From Steroidobacteraceae bacterium (GTDB lineage Bacteria; Pseudomonadota; Gammaproteobacteria; Steroidobacterales; Steroidobacteraceae): DNA of 62,373 bases. A model generated the notes under the pieces. The model was given only the letters and a program-made list of their open reading frames with translations. It was not told the DNA's origin and did not search any database. Below, one piece after another: positions 16,650 to 26,674 of this stretch. The DNA lies in NCBI GenBank assembly GCA_035281265.1, contig DATEEF010000125.1, positions 1-62,373 on the forward strand, in the 5' to 3' direction. Made by a program: the position numbers and the translations under genes. Position 1 is the first letter of the stretch, and each line of letters starts with the position of its first letter.

Positions 16650-17301
16650 CCCAGAGCACCTTGTGCAGCTGCACCTGGAATCGAACCGGCAGGCGGTCCT
16701 CGAGGATCCAGTTCGCGAGCTGTGCGGCCGGCAATTGCTGGTAGCTAGGCGAGAACAGCACCTGGCAGCGACCGTCGAGGCGCTCGCTGCGCACGCGTTC
16801 CCGGCTCCACTCGTAATCCGCCCGGTCGCAGATGACGAACTTGAGCTGGTCGCCCGCGCGCAGGCCATGCACGGACAGGTCCAGGTTGCGCCGCGATTCG
16901 CCCGATCCCGGGGTCTTGACGTCGATTACACGCGTGACGCGCGGATCCACGCTGCTCGCGTCGATCGCACCGCTCGTCTCGAGCGAGACCTCGAAGCGCG
17001 CCTCGCACAGCGCCGCGAGGAGCGTGGCGCACTCGCGCTGCGCGAGCGGCTCGCCACCCGTCACGCAGACGTGGCGCGCGCGCGACTCCCGCGCCTCGTC
17101 CACGAGCCGCGCCAGCGTGCGCCACTCGCCGCCGTGGAAGGCGTACGCCGTGTCGCAGTAGCGGCAGCGGAGCGGGCAGCCGGTCAGCCTGATGAAGAAA
17201 GTCGGCCAGCCGACGGCATTCGCCTCGCCTTGCAGCGACAGGAAGGTCTCGGTGATTCGAAGTCTCGCGACCGCGGCAACGGCCGGGATCTCGGCGGACA
17301 T
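16630..17301 (-). CDS. queE: 7-carboxy-7-deazaguanine synthase (radical SAM)
   Basis: [34 protein letters not shown] (CxxxCxxC cluster) and VCVTGGEPL. Confidence 0.9.
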   Translation of the reverse strand: MSAEIPAVAAVARLRITETFLSLQGEANAVGWPTFFIRLTGCPLRCRYCDTAYAFHGGEWRTLARLVDEARESRARHVCVTGGEPLAQRECATLLAALCEARFEVSLETSGAIDASSVDPRVTRVIDVKTPGSGESRRNLDLSVHGLRAGDQLKFVICDRADYEWSRERVRSERLDGRCQVLFSPSYQQLPAAQLANWILEDRLPVRFQVQLHKVLWGDVPGR

Positions 17302-17310
17302 GGCGTCTCC

Positions 17311-18027
17311 TCAGCCGCCCTGCGCCCCGATGCGCTCGAGGCGCGTCCTGGCTTCCGCGGCGGCGGAAGAATCCGGGAATTCCTGGACCACGCGGGCGAG
17401 CGTCGCGCGCGCCGCGCCGGTCTGCTTCAGCTCGAGCTGGCAGTAGCCCAGCTTGAGGAGCGCGTCCGGCGCCTTCCGGTTGCCGGGATACTGCTGCATC
17501 AGGCTTTCGAAGGCGGCGAGCGCGGAGGCATAGTCGCGGCGGACGTAGTGTGCCTCGCCCAGCCAGTACAGGGCGTTCGGTGCGAGCTCGTGGTCCGGGT
17601 AGCGCGCATGGAAATCCTTCAAGGCCGTCGCCGCTTCGTCGTACTTGCCGTCCTTCATCAGGTTGAAGGCGGCCTGGTATTCGGCCTCGGGGGTGCCGGC
17701 CGGCACCTGGGGCTGTGTCGCGACAAGGGCTGCCTCGGCGGTTTTCAGCCGCGTGTCGAGGTCCACGTACTGGTCCCGCTGCTGCGTGCGCGCGCGTTCC
17801 AGCTCGTGCTGGAGCTGGTCGATCTCACCCCGGAGCGTGCGCAGCTCGGCGGTCATCTGCTGGATCTGCCGTGACATCTCGAGCAGGCCCTGGTTGGCCA
17901 GCTGGCGCTCCACCGCCGCCATGCGCGACTCCAGCATGTCGAGGCGCTCGCCTTTCGACTGCGCGAACGTGCCCGGCGACGCGAGGGACGCGAGAACGCA
18001 GGTTGCGGCGGGCAGGAACCTGCGCAT
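17311..18027 (-). CDS. cpoB: cell division coordinator CpoB (YbgF), Tol-Pal associated
   Basis: Signal peptide from the internal ATG 18027 (MRRFLPAATCVLASLASPGTFA), a coiled coil, then TPR repeats (YQAAFNLMKDGKYDEA.., ALYWLGEAHY.., ALLKLGYCQ). Located downstream of pal. Confidence 0.9.
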   Translation of the reverse strand: MRRFLPAATCVLASLASPGTFAQSKGERLDMLESRMAAVERQLANQGLLEMSRQIQQMTAELRTLRGEIDQLQHELERARTQQRDQYVDLDTRLKTAEAALVATQPQVPAGTPEAEYQAAFNLMKDGKYDEAATALKDFHARYPDHELAPNALYWLGEAHYVRRDYASALAAFESLMQQYPGNRKAPDALLKLGYCQLELKQTGAARATLARVVQEFPDSSAAAEARTRLERIGAQGG

Positions 18028-18034
18028 GCGCGGC

Positions 18035-18568
18035 TCAGCGCCCGTAGACGAGCTCGACGCGGCGATTCTTCTCATAGGCGGACTCGTCGCTCCCTGCCAC
18101 CGCAGGCCGCTCCTCGCCATAGCTGACCGTCGTCAGCTGCGTGTCGCCCGCGCCCTGGAGTGTCAGGGCCGACCGCACGGCCTGCGCGCGGCGCTCGGCG
18201 AGCGCGATGTTGTACTCACGCGAACCCCGCTCGTCCGTGTGGCCCTCGACGCGGATCTTCACGGACCCCGAGGCGGCGAGGAACTTCGCATGCGAGGTGA
18301 TGAGCGACGCATACTCCGGGCGGATGTCGCTGCGGTCGAAGTCGAAGTAGATGATGTTCGCGACGCCCGCGGGCCCGCCACCGGCCGCCCCCGATGCGCC
18401 CGGCAACTCGCGGCCTTCGCCGACCTGGCCTTCTCCGGCCGCCGCGCCGGTCTCGCCCTGCCCGGCGGCCGTCGAGCCGGCGCCGTCGGGGACCGTCGTC
18501 GCCTTCTTGCCGCAGCCGGCCAGCATCAGGACGCCAATCACGATCGCTAGGGCAGGCAGGACACGCAT
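18035..18568 (-). CDS. pal: peptidoglycan-associated lipoprotein Pal
   Basis: Lipobox LMLAGC. OmpA-like domain IIYFDFDRSDIRPEY..VEGHTDERGSREYNIALAERRA. Confidence 0.95.
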   Translation of the reverse strand: MRVLPALAIVIGVLMLAGCGKKATTVPDGAGSTAAGQGETGAAAGEGQVGEGRELPGASGAAGGGPAGVANIIYFDFDRSDIRPEYASLITSHAKFLAASGSVKIRVEGHTDERGSREYNIALAERRAQAVRSALTLQGAGDTQLTTVSYGEERPAVAGSDESAYEKNRRVELVYGR

Positions 18569-18645
18569 CTCTCGGACTCCTTCAAATCGGCCAAACTCGT
18601 TGATCGCGGCGCGATCTTCTCATACGGCGGGCGGCCGCGCGTCAC

Positions 18646-19932
18646 CTAGTTCAGGAACGGCGACCACGCGGCCTCGCGCAACTCGCCGGAACTCGCGGCT
18701 ATCTGGCGCTGGATGCGCCCGTCGCTCGAGACGATCGCGAGCGTGTCGCGCCCGCCGACGCGGCTCGTGTACAGGATATCCGCGCCGTTCGGCGCGAAGG
18801 ATGGCGACTCATCGAGCTGTCCGCCGGACAGCACCTGGATGCCTCCCTGTTTGAGATCGACGCCCGCGATGCGATACGCGCCCCGGTCGAGCGTGACCAC
18901 GGCGAGCTGGCGACCATCCGGGGAGACCCGCGGGCGCGCGTTGTAGCCGCCGTCAAAGGTGACGCGCTTCGCGCGGGCGCCTGGCTCGAGGCCGACCTGG
19001 TAGACCTGCGGTCCGCCGGCGCGGTCCGACGTGAAGTACAGCGAGCGGCCATCCGCGGACCAGGCCGGCTCCGTGTCGATCGCGGGGTCGTCGGTGATCC
19101 GCTTGAGGTCCTGGTTCGCCAGCGTCAGCACGTAGACGTCCACGTTGCCGTCGCGACGCGACAGGGCGAGGGCGAGCTGCGTGCCGTCGGGCGAATACGC
19201 GGGCGCGCCGTTGATCCCGGACTTGGCGGAGACCTGGACCTGCGTCCCCGTCGTCAGCGTCTGCACGTAGACGGCCGAAAGTCCGCTGTGGAAGGACACG
19301 TAGGCGAGCGAGCGCCCGTCCGGCGCCCAGGCCGGCGACATGATCGGGTCCGGCGAGCCAAAGACAATACGCTCGTTCGCCCCGTCGGCGTCGGAGACGA
19401 TGAGCCGGTAACTGCGGCGATTGACCGGGCCTTCGACCGCGACGTAGGCGATCCGGGTCGCGAACGCGCCGCGCACCCCGAGGATGCGCTCGTAAACGGC
19501 GTCCGACACGCGATGGCTCGCGCGCTTCAGGGCCTTCGGGTCGACCGGCACCGCCGTGCCGAGCAGCCGCTCGCCGCTCGCCACCGAGACGAGCTCGTAG
19601 CGGATTTCGTAGCGTCCGTCGGCCAGCGCCGACAGGCGGCCGACCAGCACGTAATCCACCTTCAGCATGCGCCAGTCGGCGGTGTCCACCTCGCTGGCGG
19701 CATGCGGCTGCTCGAGGAGCTGATCACGCTTGAGCGGCCTGAAGCGCCCGCTGCGCTCGAGGTCGGCCTGCACCGTCGCCGCGACGTCGTAGGGCAGCGG
19801 CCCGCTGCCCTCCCAGGCGAGCGGGACGATCGCGATCGGCACGGATTCCGCCATGCCCTTGAGGATCTGCACGGTGAGCTGGGCCACGGCGGTGCCGAGC
19901 GGCAGGGCCATGACGACGAGGACCAGTAGCAT
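18646..19932 (-). CDS. tolB: Tol-Pal system beta-propeller protein TolB
   Basis: Internal ATG 19932 gives a signal peptide (MLLVLVVMALPLGTAVA). Repeated SPAWAPDG/APAYSPDG/EPAWSADG/RPRVSPDG propeller motifs. Confidence 0.95.
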   Translation of the reverse strand: MLLVLVVMALPLGTAVAQLTVQILKGMAESVPIAIVPLAWEGSGPLPYDVAATVQADLERSGRFRPLKRDQLLEQPHAASEVDTADWRMLKVDYVLVGRLSALADGRYEIRYELVSVASGERLLGTAVPVDPKALKRASHRVSDAVYERILGVRGAFATRIAYVAVEGPVNRRSYRLIVSDADGANERIVFGSPDPIMSPAWAPDGRSLAYVSFHSGLSAVYVQTLTTGTQVQVSAKSGINGAPAYSPDGTQLALALSRRDGNVDVYVLTLANQDLKRITDDPAIDTEPAWSADGRSLYFTSDRAGGPQVYQVGLEPGARAKRVTFDGGYNARPRVSPDGRQLAVVTLDRGAYRIAGVDLKQGGIQVLSGGQLDESPSFAPNGADILYTSRVGGRDTLAIVSSDGRIQRQIAASSGELREAAWSPFLN

Positions 19933-19943
19933 GCGGCGGACGT

Positions 19944-20768
19944 TCAACGGCGGGACTCCTTGGGCGTGAAAACGAGCTTGACCTCGCGCTCGAACAAGCG
20001 GGGCTCGGGCGGGGCCGGCAGGGGCGATGCGTTGCGAACCGCATTCTCGATGGACTGGCGCACGGCGGCGTTGCCATTGCAGGGCCCGAATCGCATGCCG
20101 ACCACCTCGCCTCCCGGTATCTGCGACACGAAGATCGTACAACTGAGTCCCGCCGCGAGTCCCGGCGGCTCGTACCAGCGCTGCTCGACGTGAACCTGGA
20201 TGGCGCGCACGTAGCTCGCCTTGAGGCTCTGGAACCCCGCGCTGGCGCGGTTCTCCTCTTCGGCCAGGCTCGCCCGGAGCTCGGCCTCGCGCGAGTCGCG
20301 TTCCTGCTGATCCTGGGCCGCGCGTCGCTTGTCGGCCGCTGCCTTGGCCTCGGCCGCCTTGCGCTTCGATTCTGCGGCCTGCTCCGCCTTCCGCTTCGCT
20401 TCCGCCTCCGCACGCGACTTGCGCTCGGCGGCCAGACGCGTCTCCTCCTCGGCGCGGCGGGCAGCTTGTTCTTCCGCAACGCGCTCCGCCTCGACCCGGG
20501 CAAGCTCCTCCTCCTCGAGCCGACGCTTCTCGGCCTCGGCAGCGGCCTGTGCCCGGCGCTCGGTCTCGCGTCGCTCGATCTCGCGGCGCTGCCGCCCCGC
20601 GGCCTGCAGGATGGCGTCGTCGACGACGACGGCGTCGATCGGCAGCAGCACCATGTCGGGTTCAGGCTTCGGCAGGGACAGGCCGACGAACAGGAGGCCC
20701 GCGAGTACCGCATGCAGCGCGATCGACCAGCCGACGGGCGCAATGGGCGTTCGTGGCCTGGCAGTCAT
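19944..20768 (-). CDS. tolA: Tol-Pal system protein TolA
   Basis: N-terminal TM, long Ala/Glu/Lys/Arg-rich helix (AEAEKRRLEEEELARVEAE...), small C-terminal domain. Its ATG overlaps the tolR stop. Confidence 0.85.
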   Translation of the reverse strand: MTARPRTPIAPVGWSIALHAVLAGLLFVGLSLPKPEPDMVLLPIDAVVVDDAILQAAGRQRREIERRETERRAQAAAEAEKRRLEEEELARVEAERVAEEQAARRAEEETRLAAERKSRAEAEAKRKAEQAAESKRKAAEAKAAADKRRAAQDQQERDSREAELRASLAEEENRASAGFQSLKASYVRAIQVHVEQRWYEPPGLAAGLSCTIFVSQIPGGEVVGMRFGPCNGNAAVRQSIENAVRNASPLPAPPEPRLFEREVKLVFTPKESRR

Positions 20769-21229
20769 CGCCTGCGTTCGAGCTCTTCGAGCGCCTCCAC
20801 CGCCTTGGGGTCGGTCAGGAACCCGATCTTGGTTGCGCCCGCCTGCTGCAGGATCACCATGCCGCGCACCACCCTGCCGTAGGGGACGCGCTCGTCGGCC
20901 TTGACGAGCACCGGCAGCGCCGGGTCGCGGCCGATCACGGCGGAGGCCCTGCGCGCGATCTCGTCCTCCGTGACCGCACTATCCTCGTCCCCGCCGACGT
21001 TGAGGTAATAGCGTCCGTCGCGATCCACAGACAGCACGAGCGGCTCGCGGTCCTTCAGCAGCTCCGGGTCGATGGGCTTGGCATTGGCGTCCGGCAGCTC
21101 CACCTGCACGCCCTGTGTGAGCAGCGGCGCCGTCACCATGAAGATGATGAGGAGTACGAGCATGACGTCGATGTACGGCACGACGTTGATCTCGCCCATC
21201 AGCCGCCGGCGCCGCTGGATCGCGGGCAT
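20765..21229 (-). CDS. tolR: Tol-Pal system protein TolR (ExbD/TolR family)
   Basis: EINVVPYIDVMLVLLIIFMVTAP motif. 154 aa. Confidence 0.9.
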   Translation of the reverse strand: MPAIQRRRRLMGEINVVPYIDVMLVLLIIFMVTAPLLTQGVQVELPDANAKPIDPELLKDREPLVLSVDRDGRYYLNVGGDEDSAVTEDEIARRASAVIGRDPALPVLVKADERVPYGRVVRGMVILQQAGATKIGFLTDPKAVEALEELERRR

Positions 21230-21230
21230 C

Positions 21231-21914
21231 TCAGGCCCTGCCCGAGGCGTGGCGCTGCAGCAGCGTCGAGAACTCGTCCATGAACGCGTCGTAGCGCAGC
21301 TCGAGGCGGCTCATCTTGTCGGCATAGCGGTTGTAGGCGACGACCGCGGGGATTGCCGCGAACAGGCCCGCCGCGGTCGCGATCAGCGCCTCGGCGATGC
21401 CGGGCGCGACCATCGCGAGCGTCGCCTGCTGTGCGTTTCCAAGTCCCTGGAAAGCTCCCATGATGCCCCACACCGTGCCGAAGAGGCCCACGTACGGGCT
21501 CGTCGAGCCCACGGTGGCGAGTGTCGCGAGGCTCGCCTCGAGCCGGTCGATCTCGCGCAGCTGCGCGACGCGCATCGTGCGCCGCACGCCTTCGAGCAGC
21601 TCGCCGGCGGGCACGGACTGGCCGCGCAGGCGCGTGAACTCGCCGAAGCCGGCCTCGAAAATGCTCTCCATGCCGACCGGCGTCTTGTTGCGAGTGCCGA
21701 TCGCGCGATACAGCTTGCCGAGGTCGCCGCCGGACCAGAACGTGCCCTCGAACTTGTTGGCTTCGCTTTCAGCCTGGGAAAGCAGGCGCTTCTTGCGGAA
21801 GATGATGGTCCAGGACACCAGCGAGGCGACCAGCAGCATCGCGATGATGACCTTGACGACCGGTCCGGCGTTGAGGATCAGCGAGAGCACCGAGTGCGGA
21901 TCGTTCAGGTTCAA
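21231..21914 (-). CDS. tolQ: Tol-Pal system protein TolQ (MotA/TolQ/ExbB family)
   Basis: 227 aa, 3 TM helices. LATVGSTSPYVGLFGTVWGIM motif. Confidence 0.95.
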   Translation of the reverse strand: MNLNDPHSVLSLILNAGPVVKVIIAMLLVASLVSWTIIFRKKRLLSQAESEANKFEGTFWSGGDLGKLYRAIGTRNKTPVGMESIFEAGFGEFTRLRGQSVPAGELLEGVRRTMRVAQLREIDRLEASLATLATVGSTSPYVGLFGTVWGIMGAFQGLGNAQQATLAMVAPGIAEALIATAAGLFAAIPAVVAYNRYADKMSRLELRYDAFMDEFSTLLQRHASGRA

Positions 21915-21924
21915 ATGCGCTCCT

Positions 21925-22326
21925 TCAGGCGTTGCGCGCGAAAACCGCGGGCAACGGCCGCGGTTTCAGCGTGTCGCAGGCGAGGCAGGCCGCGCGGACC
22001 GTCGCGCTGACGAGCAGCTCGCCCGCCAGCGTGCCGCGGCGGATCTCCTGCACGAAAGTCACCGACGCGCCGCGTCGCGCCTCGAGCGCCGACGTGACGA
22101 CCAGCTCGTCGTCGAACTTCGCAGGACGATGGTAGCGGATGTTGGCTTCGACCACGACGAACTGCAGGCGTTCTTCCCGCTGCAGCCGGGCCTGGTCGAT
22201 GCCGACGCTGCGCAGCCACTCGCTGCGCGCGCGCTCGAGGAAATGCAGGTAGCGTGCGTAATAGACAACACCCCCGGCGTCGGTGTCTTCCCAGTAGACG
22301 CGCACCGGGATCGAGAAGGTCCCCAC
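21925..22326 (-). CDS. ybgC: Tol-Pal associated acyl-CoA thioesterase YbgC (4HBT hotdog)
   Basis: VRVYWEDTDAGGVVYYARYLHFLERARSEWL. Located directly upstream of tolQ. Confidence 0.85.
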   Translation of the reverse strand: MGTFSIPVRVYWEDTDAGGVVYYARYLHFLERARSEWLRSVGIDQARLQREERLQFVVVEANIRYHRPAKFDDELVVTSALEARRGASVTFVQEIRRGTLAGELLVSATVRAACLACDTLKPRPLPAVFARNA

Positions 22327-22332
22327 GCCGCC

Positions 22333-23373
22333 CTACCCGCGGAACAGCGGAAGGGTTGCGCCACCCGGCTCGGCGGGCGGCTCGCGGCCCAGATGGCGCC
22401 ATGCCGCGGCCGTCGCCACGCGGCCGCGCGCCGAGCGCACGATGAAGCCCTGCTGGATCAGGAAGGGCTCGACGACGTCCTCGAGCGTGTCCCGCTCCTC
22501 GCCGAGCGTGGCCGCCAGGCTGTCGATCCCGACCGGGCCACCGGAGAACTTCTCTATCACGGTCAGCAGAAAGCGCCGGTCGAGCAGGTCGAACCCCTCG
22601 ACGTCGACCTCGAGGAGGTCGAGCGCGTCCTTCGCGACCGCGGCATCGATGCGCCCGGAGGCCCGCACCTCGGCGAAGTCGCGCACGCGCCGCAGCAGGC
22701 GGTTCGCGATGCGCGGCGTGCCGCGCGAGCGCTGCGCAAGGCCCGTCGCGCCCGCGTCGTCGATCGGCAGCCCGAGGATGCCCGCGGCGCGGACGACGAT
22801 CTGCTTCAGCTCGTCGCGGCCGTAGAAGTCGAGCCGCTGCACGATGCCGAAGCGGTCGCGCAAGGGTGAAGTCAGGAGTCCCGCCCGCGTGGTCGCGCCG
22901 ACCAGCGTGAATGGCGGCAGGTCGAGCTTGATCGAGCGGGCCGCGGGCCCCTCGCCGATCATGATGTCGAGCTGGAAGTCCTCGAGCGCCGGGTAGAGCA
23001 CCTCCTCCACGACGGGGCTCAGCCGGTGGATCTCATCGACGAACAGCACGTCGCGCGGCTGCAGGTTGGTGAGTATGGCGGCGAGGTCGCCGGCCCGCTC
23101 CAGCACCGGCCCCGAGGTCTGGCGCAGGTTGACGCCGAGCTCGTGCGCGACGATGTGCGCAAGCGTGGTCTTGCCGAGGCCGGGCGGCCCGAAGATCAGC
23201 ACGTGGTCGAGCGCCTCGTTCCGCCGCCGCGCCGCCTCGATGAAGATGCTCATCTGCTGCTTCACTGCGGCCTGCCCGATGTACTCGTCCAGCCGCCGCG
23301 GGCGCACGCTGCGCGCGAAGTCCTCGTCCTCACGCGTCGCGGTGGCGGCGGTCACGCGGTCTTGCTCGATCAT
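22333..23373 (-). CDS. ruvB: Holliday junction branch migration helicase RuvB
   Basis: [11 protein letters not shown], Walker [10 protein letters not shown], Walker [25 protein letters not shown]. Confidence 0.97.
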   Translation of the reverse strand: MIEQDRVTAATATREDEDFARSVRPRRLDEYIGQAAVKQQMSIFIEAARRRNEALDHVLIFGPPGLGKTTLAHIVAHELGVNLRQTSGPVLERAGDLAAILTNLQPRDVLFVDEIHRLSPVVEEVLYPALEDFQLDIMIGEGPAARSIKLDLPPFTLVGATTRAGLLTSPLRDRFGIVQRLDFYGRDELKQIVVRAAGILGLPIDDAGATGLAQRSRGTPRIANRLLRRVRDFAEVRASGRIDAAVAKDALDLLEVDVEGFDLLDRRFLLTVIEKFSGGPVGIDSLAATLGEERDTLEDVVEPFLIQQGFIVRSARGRVATAAAWRHLGREPPAEPGGATLPLFRG

Positions 23374-23384
23374 CGTGCGGAATC

Positions 23385-23969
23385 CTACCGGGCCGCCGCC
23401 TGCAATGCGCGGCGAATGAGCTCCTCCGTGCCGGCGCCCTCCTGCTCGACGCCCTGCAGCAGCCGGTTGACCTCGACCGGGCGGTAGCCGAGCGCGACGA
23501 GCGCCGCGTAGGCCTCGGCGCGGGCGCCGCCGGCGCTCTTCGGAGCGGAAGCCGGCATCTGCCCGAGCGCGCTGATGCGATCGCGCATCTCCACCAGCAG
23601 GCGCTCCGCGGTCTTGCGCCCGATGCCGGGAATCCGCGTCAGCGCCGCGACGTCCTGTGCCTCGACGCAGCGCATGAAGGTGTCGACATCGATGCCGGAG
23701 AGCAGCGCCAGCCCGATCTTGGGCCCGATGCCGGTCACGCGCAGCAGGTCGCGGAACAGACGCCGCTCGTCCTCGGTCGCGAACCCGTACAGGAGGTGGG
23801 CGTCCTCGCGCACCACGAGGTGCGTGGCGAGCTCCACCTCGCTGCCGAGCTCGGGCAGGCGGTAGAACGTCGACATCGGCGCCTCGAGCTCATAGCCGAC
23901 GCCGTTGACGTCGACGATGAGCGCCGGCGGCGCCTTGCGCACGAGCCGGCCGCGCAGGTGCCCGATCAT
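23385..23969 (-). CDS. ruvA: Holliday junction DNA-binding protein RuvA
   Basis: 194 aa from the internal ATG 23969 ([28 protein letters not shown]). HhH motifs [11 protein letters not shown] and [12 protein letters not shown]. Confidence 0.95.
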   Translation of the reverse strand: MIGHLRGRLVRKAPPALIVDVNGVGYELEAPMSTFYRLPELGSEVELATHLVVREDAHLLYGFATEDERRLFRDLLRVTGIGPKIGLALLSGIDVDTFMRCVEAQDVAALTRIPGIGRKTAERLLVEMRDRISALGQMPASAPKSAGGARAEAYAALVALGYRPVEVNRLLQGVEQEGAGTEELIRRALQAAAR

Positions 23970-24457
23970 CGGCCGTTCCGGGCGCGCGCGGCGCCGCGAT
24001 GCTGGGCGTGGCAGACCGCGATCGCGAGGGCGTCGGCCGCGTCCGCGCTCAGCCGTCCCTGCAGGGCCAGCAGGGCCTTGACCATGTGCATGACCTGGGC
24101 CTTCTCGGCGCCGCCCGTTCCCGTCACCGTCTGCTTCACCGCCCGGGGCGCATACTCGAAGACCGGGGCCCCGGCCTGGCAGGCGCCGCAGAGTGCGGCG
24201 CCGCGCGCCTGGCCGAGCTTCAGGGCACTGTCGGGATTCCGGTGCATGAAGACGCGCTCGACGGCGATCTCGTCGGGGGCGTGGGCCGTCACGAGCTCCG
24301 TGACGTGGCGGTGGATCGCGAGCAGGCGTCCCGCCATCGCGCCCTCGCCCACCCGGATGCAGCCGCTCGCGACGTACCGGACGCCGTGACTGCCGGCATC
24401 CACGACGCCGTAACCCGTGATCCGCGATCCGGGATCGAGGCCGAGGATGCGCACCAT
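23966..24457 (-). CDS. ruvC: crossover junction endodeoxyribonuclease RuvC
   Basis: Internal ATG 24457 (MVRILGLDPGSRITGYGVV). The stop overlaps the ruvA start (ATGA). DAADALAIAVCHA motif. Confidence 0.95.
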   Translation of the reverse strand: MVRILGLDPGSRITGYGVVDAGSHGVRYVASGCIRVGEGAMAGRLLAIHRHVTELVTAHAPDEIAVERVFMHRNPDSALKLGQARGAALCGACQAGAPVFEYAPRAVKQTVTGTGGAEKAQVMHMVKALLALQGRLSADAADALAIAVCHAQHRGAARARNGR

Positions 24458-24480
24458 GGGAGTTATGATAGCCATTCGCC

Positions 24481-26619
24481 ATGAAGACGACGACCACTGC
24501 AGCGGCCGCCGGCGCGGCCGTGCTGGCCGACTTGCGCGCGGCGCTGGACGCGAGGGCCGTGCCCGATGCCGGCTGGGACGAGGCACGCGCGCAGGGTGAC
24601 GAGACGGCCGCGATCGTCGCGGCGCTCGACGCCGAGCGCGACATCGTCGCCGGTGCCCTCGTGCAGCCGCTGCTCGCGCGCGGACTCCTGACGCGCGCCG
24701 GCGCCGTCGAATGCGGCGGAGAGGCCGCGACCGTGATGGCCGAGGAGCTCGGCCGCCTCGGCGAGTTCCGCGCGGGGAACCCGCTCGCGACGTCGAGCGG
24801 GCTCTCCGGGGTGCAGGCGGACGCGTTGCGCCGCATGCTGCTCGCGGTCGTCACCGACCCGCGGCTCGTGCTCGTCCGCCTCGCGGACCAGCTACGGCGA
24901 ATGCGCGGCGCCCGCGACCTCGATGACGCGGCCCGAATGCGGCTCGCGTGGGAGACGCGCGAGATCTATGCGCCGCTGGCGAACCGCCTCGGCATCTGGC
25001 AGCTCAAGTGGGAGCTCGAGGACCTCGCCTTCCGCTGGCTCGAGCCCGCCGAGTACCGCCGCATCGCCGGCTGGCTCAACGAGTCGCGCATGGACCGCGA
25101 GCGCTACATCGCCGCCGTCATCGCCGAGATCTCCGCAGAGCTCGAGGCTGCCGGCATCCGCGCCGAGGTCGTCGGCCGGCCCAAGCACATCTACAGCATC
25201 TGGCGGAAGATGCACCGGAAGAATCTCGCTTTCGAGCAGGTCTTCGACGTGCGCGCCGTGCGCATCATCACGGCCTCGGTCGAGGACTGCTACGCGGCGC
25301 TCGGCATCGTGCACGGTCGCTGGCACTACATCCCGGGCGAGTTCGACGACTACATCGCGACGCCGAAGGACAACCTGTACCGCTCGCTGCACACGGCGGT
25401 GCTCGGTCCGTCCGCCGTGCCCGTGGAGATCCAGATCCGGACGCGCGAGATGCACGACCACGCCGAGCTCGGAGTGGCCGCGCACTGGCGCTACAAGGAG
25501 GGGGCCGCGCGGGACGCCGCCTACGACCGCAAGATCGAATGGCTGCGCGAGCTGCTCGCTCCCGCCTCGGACGCGGAAACCGAATCCGACTTCCTGAGCC
25601 GCGTGCGGGCGGATCTCTTCGACGATCGCGTGTACGCCCTCACGCCGAAAGGCGAGGTCGTCGACCTGCCGTCGGGCGCGACGCCGCTCGACTTCGCGTA
25701 CCACGTACACACCGAGCTCGGCCACCGCTGCCGCGGCGCGCGCGTCAACGGCCGCATCGTGCCGCTCAACCACCGGCTCGCGAACGGCGAGGTGGTCGAG
25801 ATCATCGGTGGCAAGAAAGCGCAGCCGAGCCGCGACTGGCTCGTCGAGCGCGAGGGCTTCCTCGCCTCGCCCCGCAGCCGGGCGAAAGTGCGCGCCTGGT
25901 ACAAGCGGCAGGACGCCGGCGTGAACCGGCGCGAGGGCCGGGAGATGTTCGAGCGGGAGCTCGATCGCCTGGGCGCGGAACATTCAATCACCTCGGACCT
26001 GGTCGGCGAATTCGGCCTCACGAGCGCCGAGGCGCTGCACCTCGCCATTGGATCGGGCGAGCTGGGGCTCGCTCAGGTCGCCGGCGCCATCGAGCGCCGC
26101 CAGCGCAACCGGTCGCAGCCCCTGCCCGGCGCCGAACTGCCGCCGATCGGCGTGACGCGCCGGGAGCAGGCAGCGGCGGTCGAGGTCGAGGGCGTCGGCG
26201 ACCTGCTCTCGACGCACGCTCGCTGCTGCAACCCGGTGCCCCCCGAGCCGGTGACCGGCTATGTCACCGTCGGGCGCGGCATCACGCTCCATCGCTCGGG
26301 CTGCCGCAACCTCGCCCGGCTCGCGGCCCGGGCGCCGGAGCGCCTCCTGCAGGTGGATTGGGGCAAGGCGGCGGGCCGCCGCTACCCGGTCGACATCGTC
26401 GTGCACGCGATGGACCGGAGGGGCCTCCTGCGCGACATCACGACGGTGGTGGCCGAGGAACGCATCGACATCGAGCGGCTGGCGTCGCAGGGCAACGCCG
26501 CGCAAGGGAGCGCGGACCTGACCTTGCGCGTCGCGGTCGGCGGCCTCGCGGAACTGTCCCGGCTGCTGTCGCGGCTCTCGGCCATGCCCGGCATCATCAG
26601 CGCCCGACGCCGCGCATGA
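24481..26619 (+). CDS. relA: GTP pyrophosphokinase RelA ((p)ppGpp synthetase I)
   Basis: Synthetase motifs KHIYSIWRKM and YRSLHTAV. TGS domain (VYALTPKGEVVDLPSGATPLDFAY). C-terminal ACT-like domain. No intact HD hydrolase motif seen in the N-terminal region. Confidence 0.9.
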   Translation: MKTTTTAAAAGAAVLADLRAALDARAVPDAGWDEARAQGDETAAIVAALDAERDIVAGALVQPLLARGLLTRAGAVECGGEAATVMAEELGRLGEFRAGNPLATSSGLSGVQADALRRMLLAVVTDPRLVLVRLADQLRRMRGARDLDDAARMRLAWETREIYAPLANRLGIWQLKWELEDLAFRWLEPAEYRRIAGWLNESRMDRERYIAAVIAEISAELEAAGIRAEVVGRPKHIYSIWRKMHRKNLAFEQVFDVRAVRIITASVEDCYAALGIVHGRWHYIPGEFDDYIATPKDNLYRSLHTAVLGPSAVPVEIQIRTREMHDHAELGVAAHWRYKEGAARDAAYDRKIEWLRELLAPASDAETESDFLSRVRADLFDDRVYALTPKGEVVDLPSGATPLDFAYHVHTELGHRCRGARVNGRIVPLNHRLANGEVVEIIGGKKAQPSRDWLVEREGFLASPRSRAKVRAWYKRQDAGVNRREGREMFERELDRLGAEHSITSDLVGEFGLTSAEALHLAIGSGELGLAQVAGAIERRQRNRSQPLPGAELPPIGVTRREQAAAVEVEGVGDLLSTHARCCNPVPPEPVTGYVTVGRGITLHRSGCRNLARLAARAPERLLQVDWGKAAGRRYPVDIVVHAMDRRGLLRDITTVVAEERIDIERLASQGNAAQGSADLTLRVAVGGLAELSRLLSRLSAMPGIISARRRA

Positions 26620-26620
26620 C

Positions 26621-26666
26621 GAAGGGGTCTGACCCCTTCATATTCGTGAAGGGGTCTGACCCCTTC
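26621..26666. repeat. two tandem copies of a 19-nt palindromic unit GAAGGGGTC-T-GACCCCTTC; probable bidirectional terminator or REP-like element
   Basis: Copies at 26621-26639 and 26648-26666. Each forms a 9-bp GC-rich stem with a minimal loop. They fill the 55-nt gap between convergent relA and lpdA. Confidence 0.7.
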
Positions 26667-26674
26667 GAATCAGG

